Made by a program: the position numbers and the translations under genes. From NCBI GenBank assembly GCA_965153455.1, contig OZ234493.1, forward strand, positions 11,646,213-11,710,212: 64,000 nt of DNA. The letters are read 5' to 3'. The notes beneath the pieces are model-generated. The model was given only the letters and a program-made list of their open reading frames with translations, was not told where the DNA came from and made no database searches. Source of the stretch: Sphagnum compactum (taxonomy: Eukaryota). Positions 1 to 13,346 of the stretch are shown here, piece by piece (position 1 is the first letter of the stretch; every line of letters starts with the position of its first letter).

Positions 1-1712
1 CAAGGTCAAATATATGGAGGTCCTATAGAACAAGGTATGGTGAACATGATTGCATAATTGGAACAATGACTTGGAAACCATTGCCATTACTCATGTGTCA
101 CCAACTCCAAGGCCATTGGTTCCAAATGGAACCCTAATTTGTTTATTAGGTGAATTTGGCAAGATTGGGCTTCATGTGCGAAGTTGCATTACTAAAACCA
201 ATGCATCTTACAATGACTTTTATTTAATAAGCTATCCAAGTTCATGAACCTTGAGGAACAAATGTGGCATTGGATCCACAAAAGGGAAAAACTAATCAAC
301 AAGGTCGCCTTTTATAATTACTCACATTAGTAGAAATTATGCCAACCTCTTCCATGCACTAATTTGACCAAATGTGTGTGGATTGGAACAAATTGCGTCC
401 TTAGCGAGGACATTATGTCTACCTTTGATGCTCATTTCAAAAGCCAAAACTTTCTTGGGAGTGACAATCACAGTTCATCAAGTTTTTTTGTTTTCTCCAA
501 CCATGATTGCAACATTAAAATTTGGATTCATTGTTGTGTTCAAATTAGTGGCCACACTTTGTGAAAGCAAGGAGAGGTTAGCATCGTTTGTAAAATTGGT
601 AGATGTTGTGTCACAAGATGAACTTGTGGACATGGGAATTGTTATGACCACTTTTGTTGCACCATTGCAAGCAACAATTGTAAGGTTACAAGAATTGCTT
701 GCTAGGTTGACAATTGATTGTGTAATGATAACACCAAATTGATCTTATTAAATAATGAACATAAGGTTTTGTGTGTTGACCACTTTATCAACTAACAAAT
801 ATTGGCCAATGCAAGTTTTGACAGACTCTAAAGTTTAACCATTGATGTTAGGGCAAAGGGGCTATAGTTTGGCTTCATGAACATAGATTTGAAACCTTGT
901 ACATTTTAAATAAAATTTTCCTTAACTAGATCGCAGAAGGTTTGAAAGATGACACACTAAACATTCAATGTGAGATTACAAGTGGATCATCCCACAAATG
1001 GATCCACCATGAGAGTCAAGGTTGTTGTGATAGATGCCATGCCATATGATGTGTTGATGGGTGGAACAATTTTATTCCCTATGGGTTACACATTAGATTT
1101 TTTGGAAGGAGATTGCTTCTTATAAGTTGGGATGGCAACTAGGAGATAGCATGGGTGCACACTTTCCAATACATTTCATTGGGAAGAAGTTTTGAGCTAA
1201 AGAACACGATGCCAAGTTTGCTTGCATGTTTTGGGATTGTGAATTTTGGTTGAGAACTCATAAAAAACAATGTTTCCTTCAAGGATCATTACCCAATGTT
1301 GGAAGAGGAACGAGGAATGGAAATGTCTCAAACAAATTTGGCATCAATCAAGAGGCACATTAGTGGGGCACTAATGCACATTTGCAACATGTAGCAAAAC
1401 ATCATGCACAACAAGATTGGCAAGAGGCCTTTGCACTATTAAATGCCAACTCTATTATTGCCTTGGCACCATCTCACTTGTCACCATTGCCTACCATTTC
1501 ATTCGTTTAACAACATCTCAAGAAGGGGATCTATGTTTTGGAGTTGAACACTAAATTACCTACAATGTTGCAAGCAAGAATTTCAATTCAAAAATACCTC
1601 TATGTGAAGAATGATGAAGTGGCTAAATATGTTTCATTATATTATGCGGCTTACCTTATTCAACATCCTAACTTACTCCCATTATCAACAATTTAAGGAT
1701 ACTTCAATTACG
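1..1712 (+). mobile_element. Degenerate LTR-type retroelement relic: zinc knuckle, retropepsin, possible C5-DNA-methyltransferase N-terminus
   Basis: Decayed CCHC-like segment LICLLGEFGKIGLHVRSC (~133-190). Protease-like WPMQVLTDSKV*PLMLG from 803 (cf. xLLDSGA). MRVKVVVIDAMPYDVLMGGTILFPMGYTLDF from 1009 (cf. retropepsin DhLhG). KGIYVLELNTKLPTMLQARISIQKYLYVKNDEVAKYVS from 1523. Many stops and frameshifts; truncated by the window start. Confidence 0.6.
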
Positions 1713-2584
1713 TGTATGCTTGTTTAATAAAATTTATTTTGATGTGTTATTGTAAACAAGTAGGCAACTAGATATGGTAGTGCACGACATATGATTGCAT
1801 GATCATAACACACGCCAAAAAGTCATGCCATGGCCGTGTGCTAAAGCACAATCCTGTCCAAAACATTAAAATACTACACATTGAAATCATTAATTGCATA
1901 GTGAAATTATTGTCTGGCTTGATTAGCTGCATTCACATGTGCACTTTTACATATAGAGCACCTTGACCATTGACCTAGCAAAGGGGGCTATTTAGCACCT
2001 AGTGTAAAGATATGGCACACATTCAGTGCTTGCCACTTGGAGAATGCATGACTCAACTGCATTTTGTATATCATATCTACTCTAATCAAATTGTGTTAGA
2101 TTATGTACTCATGAACCTGCCTTTGAAAAGTGACAATAACTATAGTGTTTATGCATTTGAGAAGAGGCTCTTAATCATGCCTCGAACAAATGCATACGGC
2201 ACTCTCAATTTGAACACACTAATTTAAGACACTTTCAATCCTAGGGTTTAGAGTTTAGAGTTTCACTGAAATCTACCCATAAAACATTTGAAGGTCACCC
2301 TATAACTGTGAATAACCCTCTCCTAGAAAAGAGGGATCTTATGCCTGCTCCTTCAAAGTTGGAGGGATCTTACACCTACTTAAAAATAGCCACTAAGAGG
2401 CCTCACTCAAGAAGATGAAGGTACCAATGTAGGTCCTCTTTCACCCAAGACATTCTTCACATAAGTTGTACTCATTTTGTTGGGACCCATTACTGTTCAG
2501 GTCAGAGGTTTGACATTCTACATCAAGACAATCCCCCCAGTACACATTTACCAGAATTTCTGGTAAAGCTTTAAGACGGGGGAA

Positions 2585-5500
2585 TCAAAGGACCTTAGAG
2601 ACCAGAGCTTCCCGGAAAGAGGAATCAAGGAGCGACAAACAAGTCAGATATACCCTGCAAAAGTAACTGTATATGGCTCACACCCAAGTCTTGATTGAAT
2701 TCTGTTGGGTGATAGTTGATACCTTGCACCAAGTTTAAAAATTTGACCTGATTTATCTTGGAAGGAATTCAAGATGAAAATGTTGTCTGTTTCAAGGGAA
2801 TTAGAGCGGGGACGTCACTTAACCTACAATTTTTGTCTGCTTAAAGTGATCTGTAGGATCTTAATTACATAGGATCCTACACCCCTTTTATTAGTCTCTT
2901 TGCAGCAGTTTCCCATAGAAAGCTGCAGTGAATCAATTGTTTTTCTTGAACAAATAAGTCCATTAACTGTATCCTTTGGACACAAAATTGAGGGGGGGGG
3001 GGAGCACGATTTGCATGAATAAGACCGTTTCCAGACTTAGGTCCCGACTCCAAAGTGTTGATGTTACCTTGTAAATCCGTTGGCAGCTTTTGTGCTAGAC
3101 AAATTACCTGCAACCAAAGACTCTGAGGTCAGAGGAACCAATTTGTGGTTCTGTCTCAAAGAGACAGATGGCTGCTGCATTTTATGGTTCCCGATGCCAT
3201 TAGCCCTTGAGTTTGTGACCACCCAATTCAGTCCTCTAGTAATTCCTGGAGCCCCTCCTGAAATCTTGGACAAATCAAGTACAGCTCTGCAATAGAATGA
3301 ACAACAACCGATTCAAGCTCAGTAGCAAGTTATCAGAACTATACAGAGATGTACAAATGGTGAATTAGACCACTGCTACATTTGAGGAGAGATACAAGAG
3401 GGTTGGCAAAGCCAGGAGAAGACCTTAATTCTTACATGACTACCAAAGGTGGAGGATATTCAATACTTCACAATCAGTGGAGAGTCAATCAACAGAGCAA
3501 AGGAAGAGAATGTGTACTCACACATCACCAAGAGCAATAGTGCTGGCAGAGGCTGTGACCCCTCCACAGATCAACACCTTAGACCCCATTAATGAAGCAG
3601 AATGACCAGACCTAGCTTCCTGCTCAAACCCATTTGCACTCTCACCATCTGCAACCAAGGAAGAATGATTTCAAAGCCAGCAGTGTCATAGGAGCCCAAC
3701 ATATCGGAAACAACCTTGAGACCAACAGTAAAGGACTTTGTTGGTGGCAGAATTGAAGGGTGGGAGTCTTACGATGTTCAAAATTGCCATTTGCTTTGGC
3801 ATGAGGGGGAATGCTATCGACACCTAGCAATGCCTGCAAGATTTGTAACACAAATCAAATCCAATCGTGCATGTAAAAGATTACAAACAGATTTGGCTGT
3901 ATGCTGTGAGACATCCCCAGCATACTTGTCAAAGACATCAACATGGTGGCACACCTTCAGGTTCTCATACGCTTCATCCAATTTTGCATTGATCAATATG
4001 TGGTCAAAAAGTGTAGGATCCTTAGCGCGTTCAAGCTCTGCTTTTGCATTCTGCAGTCGCTTCTGTATTTGCTCCTCAGATTCAGTGCCCCTGTGCCAAC
4101 AGCGCAGGATGGTGTAAGTGCCTTCCTGTGATCTCTGAGAACTAAAACTACGGTACTCCAAATGAAAGTACAAGAGGAGAGGAGATTGACAGAGAGAGTG
4201 CTAAAAAAAGTAATGCTGGAAACACTGAGAAAACAAAACCAGCCTGGCAGATAAGATGCATTCTGAATCACAGATCAACAACATTACCCCTATTCTTACC
4301 TTCCGCGCAGACGTTTCCTAAGCTCTGCTTCCTCTGGATATGGGGGTTTTATAAAGACAAATATTGCATCCAGGGGGCTTTTCTTCACAGACTGAGCCCC
4401 TTGCACATCGATATCCAATATACATGTCTGCAAAAACCTGATAGAGACAATGAGCAAGTTTTCTACATGGAAGGAATGCTCTGCATGCCTGCATGATTTG
4501 TCATGATAATTTGCAAAGGGCCGAGGGCTATCACAGTCAGCAAGCTGTTCGTGCCAATAATCCACCAATTTCGAAGTACCACAAAGAAGCAAGACAAAGA
4601 AAGTAACGACTTTCTGACCTTTCCAGAATTAGTGACGGCATCAACAGCTGCCCAGCTTGTTCCATACAAGTTTCCATGGACATCTGCTGACTCCAGAAAC
4701 TTTCTCTCACTGATCTCCTTTTCCATCAGATGGCGCTGTGTGAAATGATAATGCACTCCATCTTGCTCCTTCTCCCTTGGTCTTCGTGTGGTGTGACTAA
4801 CTGAGAATCCAAAACTGTCTGGAAAGTCTTTCATCAACTTGCCAATGAGTGTCCCTTTCCCCACACCTGATGGGCCACAGATGACCACTGGCCGTGGAGC
4901 CTTTCCAGTGACTCCTTTGCTCCAGGCCACCACCTCCATATTCAGCAGTTTTGATTGCAATCTTACAAAAGCAGTATTTACCTGCAGGGGGGCCAATATA
5001 AGTAAGCCTGCTTCAAAGAAAAGAGATTATCTTTCAAGTCAAATGTGAAGAAAAAAAGACTTGGCATGTGAACACAATGTGAAAAGAGAATGAAGGGCAC
5101 ATATTCTTTGTGCGAGTAGCCAGACAAGAAGGACATTACTTCAAGAAACCAGATGTCACCCTTGGCCATGCTGTCCCTGCCTCCATAAATTAGAATGCGC
5201 TCCCCACCAATCAAGACTGCAGAATGAGCACATCGAGGCGAAGGAGGAGTCCCGAACACCTTTGGCTTTGTCCTACAAAGAAAACAGTTTCCCTACAAAG
5301 GTCAGATTTTTCTGAATATATATGTCTTCATTGTTCTTCAACATACTCTTATTATATCCAGGATCAAGCAAGAGAATTTTACCTTTTATCACCAAGATGC
5401 AAAACCTTCCCCCACCCACAATTTGCTGAGGGACAAATTTCTCTGGCCTCAGAAGAAATGTGTCACTCTTCAAATCAAAACTTTGCAGTTCTCTGAGTGT

Positions 5501-6810
5501 AAGATCAGAAGACATGCTAAAACCCTAGACCCCAGCGCTTCTCTTCTCCACAATTTGTGAACCATAAATTTACCATCTGTGTGTCACCGTGTCCAAAATG
5601 TACACATCATTCTTTGCACTGTTGTCTTCATGCCCACCAAATACAACCTGTCATCACCAGGAATAAATAAATAAATGATCTGACAGCACCAGTATACAAC
5701 AAATCAATTTGCAAAAAAAGGGCACAAATGGGTTGACTTATATGCTCGAAAGGTGCAACCAAGGAGCTAAAAATGATCGGCATTGGTACTTAACAGCAAA
5801 AGAACTTCTATGAGTGCCATGAACATACAATTTTGTCTCCAACACAAGTTGCTGTATGCAGTGACCGTGGACTCGGACAATGTCCCTCGAAAGATTCATT
5901 ACTCCACTCCTGGTTCTCTGTGTCCAGCTCTTCACCCTAGATCACAGAAAAACAACCAAATCTGTCATTGTCAACACAGCAGAAGATATCAGTCCATGAC
6001 ACAAATATCTGTGCTTTGGTGGCAACATCAGTTTCCTATGTTCTGGACATACAACTGACATTAATTTGATGTCAACATCAGTTTGTCCTCAATATTCCCA
6101 CTTCCTGCAATTGGCAGATGATCTTCTTCACATCAAGACAGAGACTGAATGCCAGCTACTGGTGCCTACAGTGGACACTACCCTTTGCAGGGCCTCAGTC
6201 TAATCTACACATCCCCAGAGCTGATCCCGGATCTAAAAAACACATCAGCCACTTCACATTGTGCTGCAGTGGAGGAGAACATCAGCATTCTTTTTTTCCC
6301 TTTCTACTTGACTGATGTCTTCACAGTCTAGGATCGGAATTGGAGATTCCAAATCAAAACATGCACAGAGAAAAAGTGGCAGCACGTCGCCATTTTCTGC
6401 TTCACTGGCTTAGTTTCTTGTGTCAAGGGGAAGGCAATATTGGCCGTATTGCATCCATCGGGAGCATTTATTGAGCCGAATCCGGAAAGGACCGAGTGGA
6501 TTTGCTTTCCAGGATCCCAGATCTACGAGTCGTCAATGTTTCTTTCTTTCTTTCTTTCCAAAACTTGCAGTACAAGAAAACCGCCAAGAAGAAGAAGAAG
6601 AAGAAGAAGAAGCGGAGATCGAGTAGCGATTCTTCATTTGCGCAACATAAGCAGTCTAACCTCAGACCATTAACATGCTCTTCGAAACCTAAACAACCTC
6701 GTCCCCTCGCTCACCAAACTTTCACAGACAAAACCATCACCAGAAAACAAAGAAGCCGCGGTAGTTCGGAATAGAAAAAAACAAAACAACAAACCAACAA
6801 AACTTACCAT
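2585..6810 (-). CDS. GK: Plant cytosolic-type guanylate kinase with N-terminal Kelch-like repeats, ~473 aa. Exons: 6808-6810, 5829-5936, 5574-5647, 5140-5272, 4619-4981, 4300-4427, 3955-4090, 3773-3833, 3522-3648, 3068-3286, 2585-2654
   Basis: P-loop [48 protein letters not shown] and [13 protein letters not shown]. Kelch-like [20 protein letters not shown] and [22 protein letters not shown]-terminal [16 protein letters not shown]. All introns are GT-AG with consistent phases (1422 nt total). The ATG micro-exon (ATG|gtaag) and the last exon are less certain. Confidence 0.93.
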
Positions 6811-7309
6811 ATTCTTTAAGCTCCCGGTGTACACAGGCAGAAACGAAAAAGAGTGTAAAATGCACGCAAAGATCCCCGCTCCGAAACAACAACCGCCTTA
6901 TTACATACAAACAATCACCGATCACTCTTCCTCCGAAGTCGCCCGATCTTTCCGGGCCCGCCCGCCGGGAAGGTCCCTCTCCGGCCGCGCACCTAGTGAG
7001 AAGCTGCTGTTGAATCACAGCATTTCGAACAAGAGGAAACTCCTCACAACAAGCGACTTTGGAAAACGACCAAAAACTAGGCTAAAACACACACACACAC
7101 ACACACACACAATTTTTTTTAAATCCTTTCTCTCTTCCCTTCTCTCTCTCGCTTCCTCCCCTGCCTTCCGCTCTCTTCTTCTTCTTCTGCCCCTGCGCTG
7201 CTGCGCACGCACACGACAGCAAACGCCGCAAAGCTCCAAAACCAAAGGAATACCTTCCTTCCCCTTTCAGCCCAGCTTTAATCAGCAGGCTCCGACGAGA
7301 CTCGCCGTC

Positions 7310-8170
7310 GGTGTGAATGCGATTGGAACGGCCAACAGTGTGAACGAGGACAACACACACACACACACTTCTCTCTCTCTCTCTTTCTCTCTCTCTAATA
7401 AGACTTGACTGTTCCCGGACAGAAACATCAGTTCTGGAGTTGAATTCCATGCACCAGGAAAATGACTGACAATTGCCAACTGAATTGTGGAATCTGTCTG
7501 TTCATTCCAACCCACTAAAGCTTGCCATCTGTGTGAAAGCAATTGGAACGGCCATCTTTTCTCTTTTTCCGACAGTGTGAACGAGGAGAACACAGACACT
7601 CTAAGACTTGACTGTTCCAGGACAGAACTATCAGTTCCTGAGTTGAATCTGCTATGACTCACAATTCAGGACTGATTTGTGGAATTTAACTGTCCCTTGC
7701 AACTCCATTTAGCTCGCCATCCTGTGTGCAAGCAATTGGAACGGCGATCTTTTATTTTCCTAACAGTGTGAACAAGGAAACACACACACACACACACACA
7801 CACACTCTCTCTCTCTCTCTCTCTCTCTCTAAGACTTAACTGTTCCAGTCCAGAACCATGAGTTGCCCAGTTGAATCTGCACCGGAATATGACTGACAGA
7901 ATTGTGGAATCTTTTTGTTCTTTCCAACCCCATTTGAGATTACAAGCTGTCTGTTCAGTCCGCTTGAAAATTGAGATTCGAATGGCCATCTTTTTGGCCT
8001 TTTCCAATTATTTTAGTGTGAACGAGGAGGCGCCCACCACCCTCCAAGCCTTGAACTGTTCCAGGACAGAACCGATCATCAGTTCTGGAGCTGGAATCTG
8101 CACAAGGAATAGGACCGACAATAATTGCCCGCCCGACACTGAAATTGTGGAATCTGTTTCTGTCCCAAAA
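7310..8170. repeat. Four diverged tandem units of ~190-250 bp upstream of GK, with variable (AC)n(TC)n microsatellites
   Basis: Recurring AATTGGAACGGC..ACAGTGTGAACGAGGA..AAGACTTGACTGTTCCAGGACAGAA..ATCAGTTC..GTTGAATCTGC..ATTGTGGAATCT, with units starting near 7320, 7540, 7733 and 7975. Confidence 0.85.
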
Positions 8171-8736
8171 CCCTAGAATCGACATACTAAAGGAAAGGAA
8201 AGAGCACGGTAAATTATAAGACCTGCACTTGGCATAGCCTAGGGTACTCCACGTGGCATTTCTGCACTCGTCCACCTTGGGTAGGTAGTTAGAGTAGGAT
8301 GTAGGTAGTAAAGGTGGTTAATTACTGTAGGTAACTTAGTCTGATAATTTTACACTCCCCTAAGGTTCAACTCACTCAGTGATTTTAATTTTTTTAAGGG
8401 CCGACATACTACCCTATTCTGAAAAGGGAATATTCGGCCCTAAATTCCCTCTTTTTTTTTTCCCCCAAAAGCCAATCGCCAAATTGCGACAGAAAACTGG
8501 TTTGGATAAGAGGGAAGGGGGGGAGGTTTTTGCCATATTTATGTCTATTGGCTACATATTTAAGAGTTCTCTGGAAAATAGTCGCCAGTTAAGTTGATAT
8601 GTGCCTAGGGATGCTCGCCACTTTAGCTCCATCAGGGTATTGGAAAAAAGCCAAAAAACACTGAAGTCTCAGTGGTACTTAAATTGTACTTACTATTTTC
8701 AGTTATTGGGTACTAGAGAGCACCTGATGAAGTTCT

Positions 8737-9063
8737 TTATTGGCCTTATTGTGTTTAGATTCATTATAGAGTATAGTAGCTTAAGGGATTTTTATAGGCC
8801 CCTAGGTAATAATAATAATAATAGGTCTATTTATTTTATATGAGGATTTTTGAAAGATGATATTTTGGCTTGTGTTGAAACTTGAAATTATTAGTTATTG
8901 AGTTATAATACCTTGAAGGATTTTGGTTTCTTTTAGAGGATTTTTTGGAAGATTATTATATTTTTGCATGGTGAAATATTTGAGTTTCCATAATTCTTCT
9001 TCTTTTGCCTTAACATACTTTTTAATGTAAATGGCAAGGCCACAGTGTGACACACCCCTTGTT
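8737..9063 (+). mobile_element. ~330-bp interspersed element, copy A (DINE-1/Helentron-like non-autonomous structure; small 5' deletion)
   Basis: Shared core AGATTCATTATAGAGTATAGTAGCTTAAGGGATTT..GGCCCCTAGGTAATAAT..AGGTCTATTT. Ends in GGCAAGGCCACAGTGTGACACACCCCTTGTT. Confidence 0.75.
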
Positions 9064-10470
9064 AGTGTTGCCTCAACTTAGTAGCCCAAGTATGAACTTT
9101 GTTGCCTGACAAATTTCTCCTTGAAAAACCAGTTTTTGTAATTTAGTTTAATTTCAATGACAAAAACTACTCAAAATTCAAGATATATCTCTTGCACCTA
9201 AAGTCTAAAATTTACAAAATCACTTTCGTATAATCTGACTCATTCCAGAGTTTCCAACAATACCAAGAGTTCACCCCCAATTTCTTGTAAAAACCGGTTG
9301 TTTTTGCGACAATTTACATAGAGGCACCTTTACCTAGCATAATCCTTTGACAATTTAATTAGTAATTTAATTAAAGCTTGTGGACTTTTAAAAATATCTA
9401 TGTAAAGCCTATCGGCATTTTTTCTTCAAAAAATTTGTGATACCCACAAGGTACCCACTAGCCAACAAATGTTTTTTATAAAAAATCACTCGATTTTTGC
9501 ATCATGTAAAGTCCCACTGCATAGGCTTTCCCCTATGTTAAAATTTTAGTTTCTATTTTTCGATCATAAATTATGAATATTTAATAATTTTTGCATCAAA
9601 GGTTTAAACATTACCAAAACAACCCCTAATGCATCCCTAGTCATTGAGGCCGTTCTAACAATACGAGGAGCGAGATAAGGGGGCGGGGGGGGGGACGTGA
9701 GGTTTGGGAGATCTCAAGGTGAGAAACAAATAAAACAAACAAACCATCTTCCTTGAATAAATAGATTGCCTTTGTAATTTTGATTATTATATGAAGATAT
9801 CATGACAAAATTCATCCATAACTGTTCACTTTTCATTCATTGTGTAAATTGTATGTTAACCAATTATTCTATGCTTGTCATTATTATATTATAAGCACGG
9901 AGTCATTGTACCTAGCATTGTGGTTGTTATTGTCCTGTGGAATCTCTATTGCAATAGAACATGGTTTCATGATGTGTTGAGCACAACTTGGCTCCCTTGG
10001 CATCTTTATGGTTCAACATAAACAACTTTTTCAAATTTGGCCTTTGTATTTGAAAGCACCTCCCATCGAGAATTTCACTTTAAATTTAAGGGACCTTACA
10101 CACAAAAACCAAAGATCCCATATTATGGATGGGTTCTTTCACTTTAGGGACCTTTCACTTTTGTAAGGTCCCTCAAATTTGAAAAGTTCTTTATGTAAGA
10201 TAATGAACAAGCTAGCTTTTCGGCTCTACTTGGATTCGTGGGCACAGCCTCTCAGCTCTTGCTCTTGGCTGGGCCTTTGAATCCCGGATGGGCCTCAAAC
10301 TTGTTCCTTACCCTACTATATAGATAGGAACAACAATAGTGGGCCGTGATAGAACCCAAAGTGATGAGACAACAATCAATCAATCATAGGACTAGTTTCT
10401 TCCCATTTCCCAAAAGAACTAAAAAGCAATGAAGAGTTTAGTTGCTGAAGAAGAAAGTGATGGGTACTTA

Positions 10471-12519
10471 GAGCATCTCCACCAATGCTCTTACTATCGA
10501 GAGATCCCTTTTTCAACTCTAAAGGTGGAACATGCCCGGGACCCCTACATTGACATTTTTGTGCATGTTACATGTTTCTAACAAGAGCATCCACAATTTT
10601 CTCAAGCTTTTATTATCATTCTTTTGAGCTGAGAGGTTTTATTATTTGTAAAGGGTTACCTATATGGCACAATTTTCACATGTATACATGGTTATGTATG
10701 AGGACCTTATGTGTGCTCCTCTACTTGTACGGTTCTTGGACAAGGGGAGAATTTTAGGAAGGTGATTTTTCTAGTCTATCGATCTCTACCATTGATCCAA
10801 ATGATCTCAGCTACTCAAAAAAATAATAATAATAAGTAAAATAAGAAAAGACTCTCAAAAGTCTTTCCACAAGGGGAGGTTTTTCTTGAGGGAGTTTTGT
10901 CAATGTGAGAAATCAAAGTTTGAAAATTGAAGGTGCAGCTCCTCAAGGAACGGAGACTACTTTGCACAAGTCATGGTTTTACTTTGCTCACTCATGTTTC
11001 AGAGTTATCTCATGAGTTGCCATGATCTACCACCTACCCAACTATTTGAGTGGTCGGCCACCCAAATGTTCGTACCCTCCTACCTTGGCAGCCTTGACAC
11101 TAATTACATTATTTTCAGAAATTTTGAAATTGAAATTAATATCAATTTTTTATTAATTTTTTCGTGAAGAAAATTATTGAGATCCTCAAGAATATTCTAT
11201 TTGTTGAAATGAAAATTTACAAAATTAATTATTATTTGACAGACATGTGTCAAGGTATTATCACATGTGAAATGATAGATTGGAATATAGTCAAGAGTAG
11301 TGATAGACTCTTCAAGTGTGGTTGTGGAACTATTCCCACTAGAATATTGGACAACCCACAAGACTCACAAAAACTGTTCATACTGGGAATAACGTGGTGA
11401 AGAGAAAGTTGCTCATGTTTGCCAACGTTCTTGCTTGCCACCTCAAGTGCCACGTGGCTTTGATTCCACTCTAGCTAGGTTGTGAAAAGGTGCAAAGACA
11501 TGAAAGTGCCCTCTTGTCATTTGACCACAATAATAAGGTTGGAATAGTGGGTGGATTGCATTCCAAGGTTAGGCAACCCTAAACATCTTTTCATTAGGCA
11601 TCTATGATGACAGAATTTGTTGGCCTTGCCTACAAAGGAAAGGATATTCTTTGTAAAGGATATTGTGTATAGATTCATTATAGAGTATAGTAGTAGCTTA
11701 AGGGATTTTCATAGGCCCCTAGGTAATAATAGGTCTATTTTTATATGACAGATGATATTTTGGCTTGTGTTGAAACTTGAGATTAGTTACAGAGTTATAA
11801 TATCTTGAAGCATTTTGGTTTCTTTTAGAGGATTTTTTGAAGGTTTTGTTTTTGCATGGTGAAGTATTTAAGTTTCCATAATTCTTCTTTTACCGTAAGA
11901 TACTTTTTAATGTAAATGGCAAGGCCACAGTGTGACAATTCAACCCCTTGTTGAAGAAAACAAAGTTCCCACTGTAATTTGTCCTCCACCTGTGATCACA
12001 ATCCCCTCATAGTTTTGGAGGTCAAACATTGACCAAAATGCAAAGTTGTGAAAACTGTAAGTTAAATTATGACTGGTTACAGGGTTGATGATATCTCTCA
12101 TTTTTTTAATGGGAAAACTTATATTTCTAACGTTCTCAAGAAATTTGCCAAGAGGAGCTCCACTCGTGTTCAGTATGCGGCCTTGCATTGAAAATCTTGG
12201 ATGAGGTGCAGTGGTCAAATCCAATGGGTTATTGGCACAAAGACTGTTGTGACCCCGAAAAACTGCAGCACAACTCCAGAGCCCGCCCTGGAGGAATCAC
12301 TCGGAAAAGTCTAATAAACGCAGTACCAAACCGTATTTAGTGACTGCTCCCTGTTTCCAATTGGGTAAATAGTTTGATTGGTCCAGGTGGGTTGCGATTA
12401 GTAGTCTTCCCGCCTATTTGCGGTCTCAGTTTTATGGGTGAGGTTGGAAAAAAGTACTCAAACTCGGATGTGGGAAATCTTTTTGGAAGGTCACATACTG
12501 AGCACTGTTGGAGATGCTC
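10471..12519. mobile_element. Non-autonomous PIF/Harbinger (Tourist-like) element, ~2 kb
   Basis: Left GAGCATCTCCACCAATGCTC and right GAGCACTGTTGGAGATGCTC are inverted repeats (2 mismatches). TTA flanks both ends (10468-10470 and 12520-12522). Could instead be the opposite ends of two separate truncated copies. Confidence 0.6.
11616..11952 (+). mobile_element. ~330-bp interspersed element, copy B (lies within the Tourist-like element)
   Basis: Starts TTTGTTGGCCTTGCCTACAAAGG, has the same core as copy A, and ends GGCAAGGCCACAGTGTGACAATTCAACCCCTTGTT. Confidence 0.8.
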
Positions 12520-13346
12520 TTACAACAAGAAGCTCTCAACTTAGGTACAAATTCTCAAATATGTGACATTTTCAACACACTTGCAATTTTCAACTGAAAT
12601 TGACTTTTCCTATACAAGTGTCCTATCATAATGGTCACAAATGTGAAACTAGTTATTTGGTTTAGGGTTACATAAATTCATGGATTGCTATGTAATTGCC
12701 TACAAAACATAACCTTAACCTTAAGCTTTACCCCCTAACTTAGATCATAACCTGGGAACTTGAGAACCGTGAGTTTCAGAAAGGATCAAATACTTGAGGC
12801 TGTCTCTGCTTTCAACCAATTGCACATCTGTTGTGGTCCCCTTCAATAGATAGATACCTGGAAAAGAAGCTCCCAAATATCCGGCACGGGTCTTGTGTGA
12901 GAAGTGATCAACACGGGTGTGTGCCAAACCACAATCGTGAACTTTTAACCCTCAAGGACTCCATGTCTTTTCCTTGTCTTGTTTTCTCTCCAAAGCTTTT
13001 GTTTAAGGGAGGTTGAGTTTGGGTTACAGATCTATCCGCTTGGGGCTAGGCAAGTAACAATTTTCCACCACTAATGACAACCTTGGGTTAACTGCTGGCT
13101 TAGATAGGAGGTTTTGTACAACCAGGCCCGTTCCACCCCAGAATGCACCTTGGGCAAGGTGAGCTGCCATTCTATTAGGTGATAATGGGTTCTTCCAAGG
13201 CCTAATCCAAAGCGTAATCGATGGTAAAGTGTAAACCATCTCCAACCCCCAATTGATGAGGACTTAGGAGTCAGGACAAGTAGTGTACATTTTGGGTAGG
13301 GTAAAGCCCCACATGCCCTCCAATTACACTAAAAATATTGGAGCAG

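Noticed and set aside
6420-8275. Several 60-190 aa ORFs around the GK 5' end
   Set aside because: They derive from (GAA)n, (AC)n and (TC)n tracts and the tandem module, giving low-complexity translations with no domain. They are better explained as UTR, intron and promoter.
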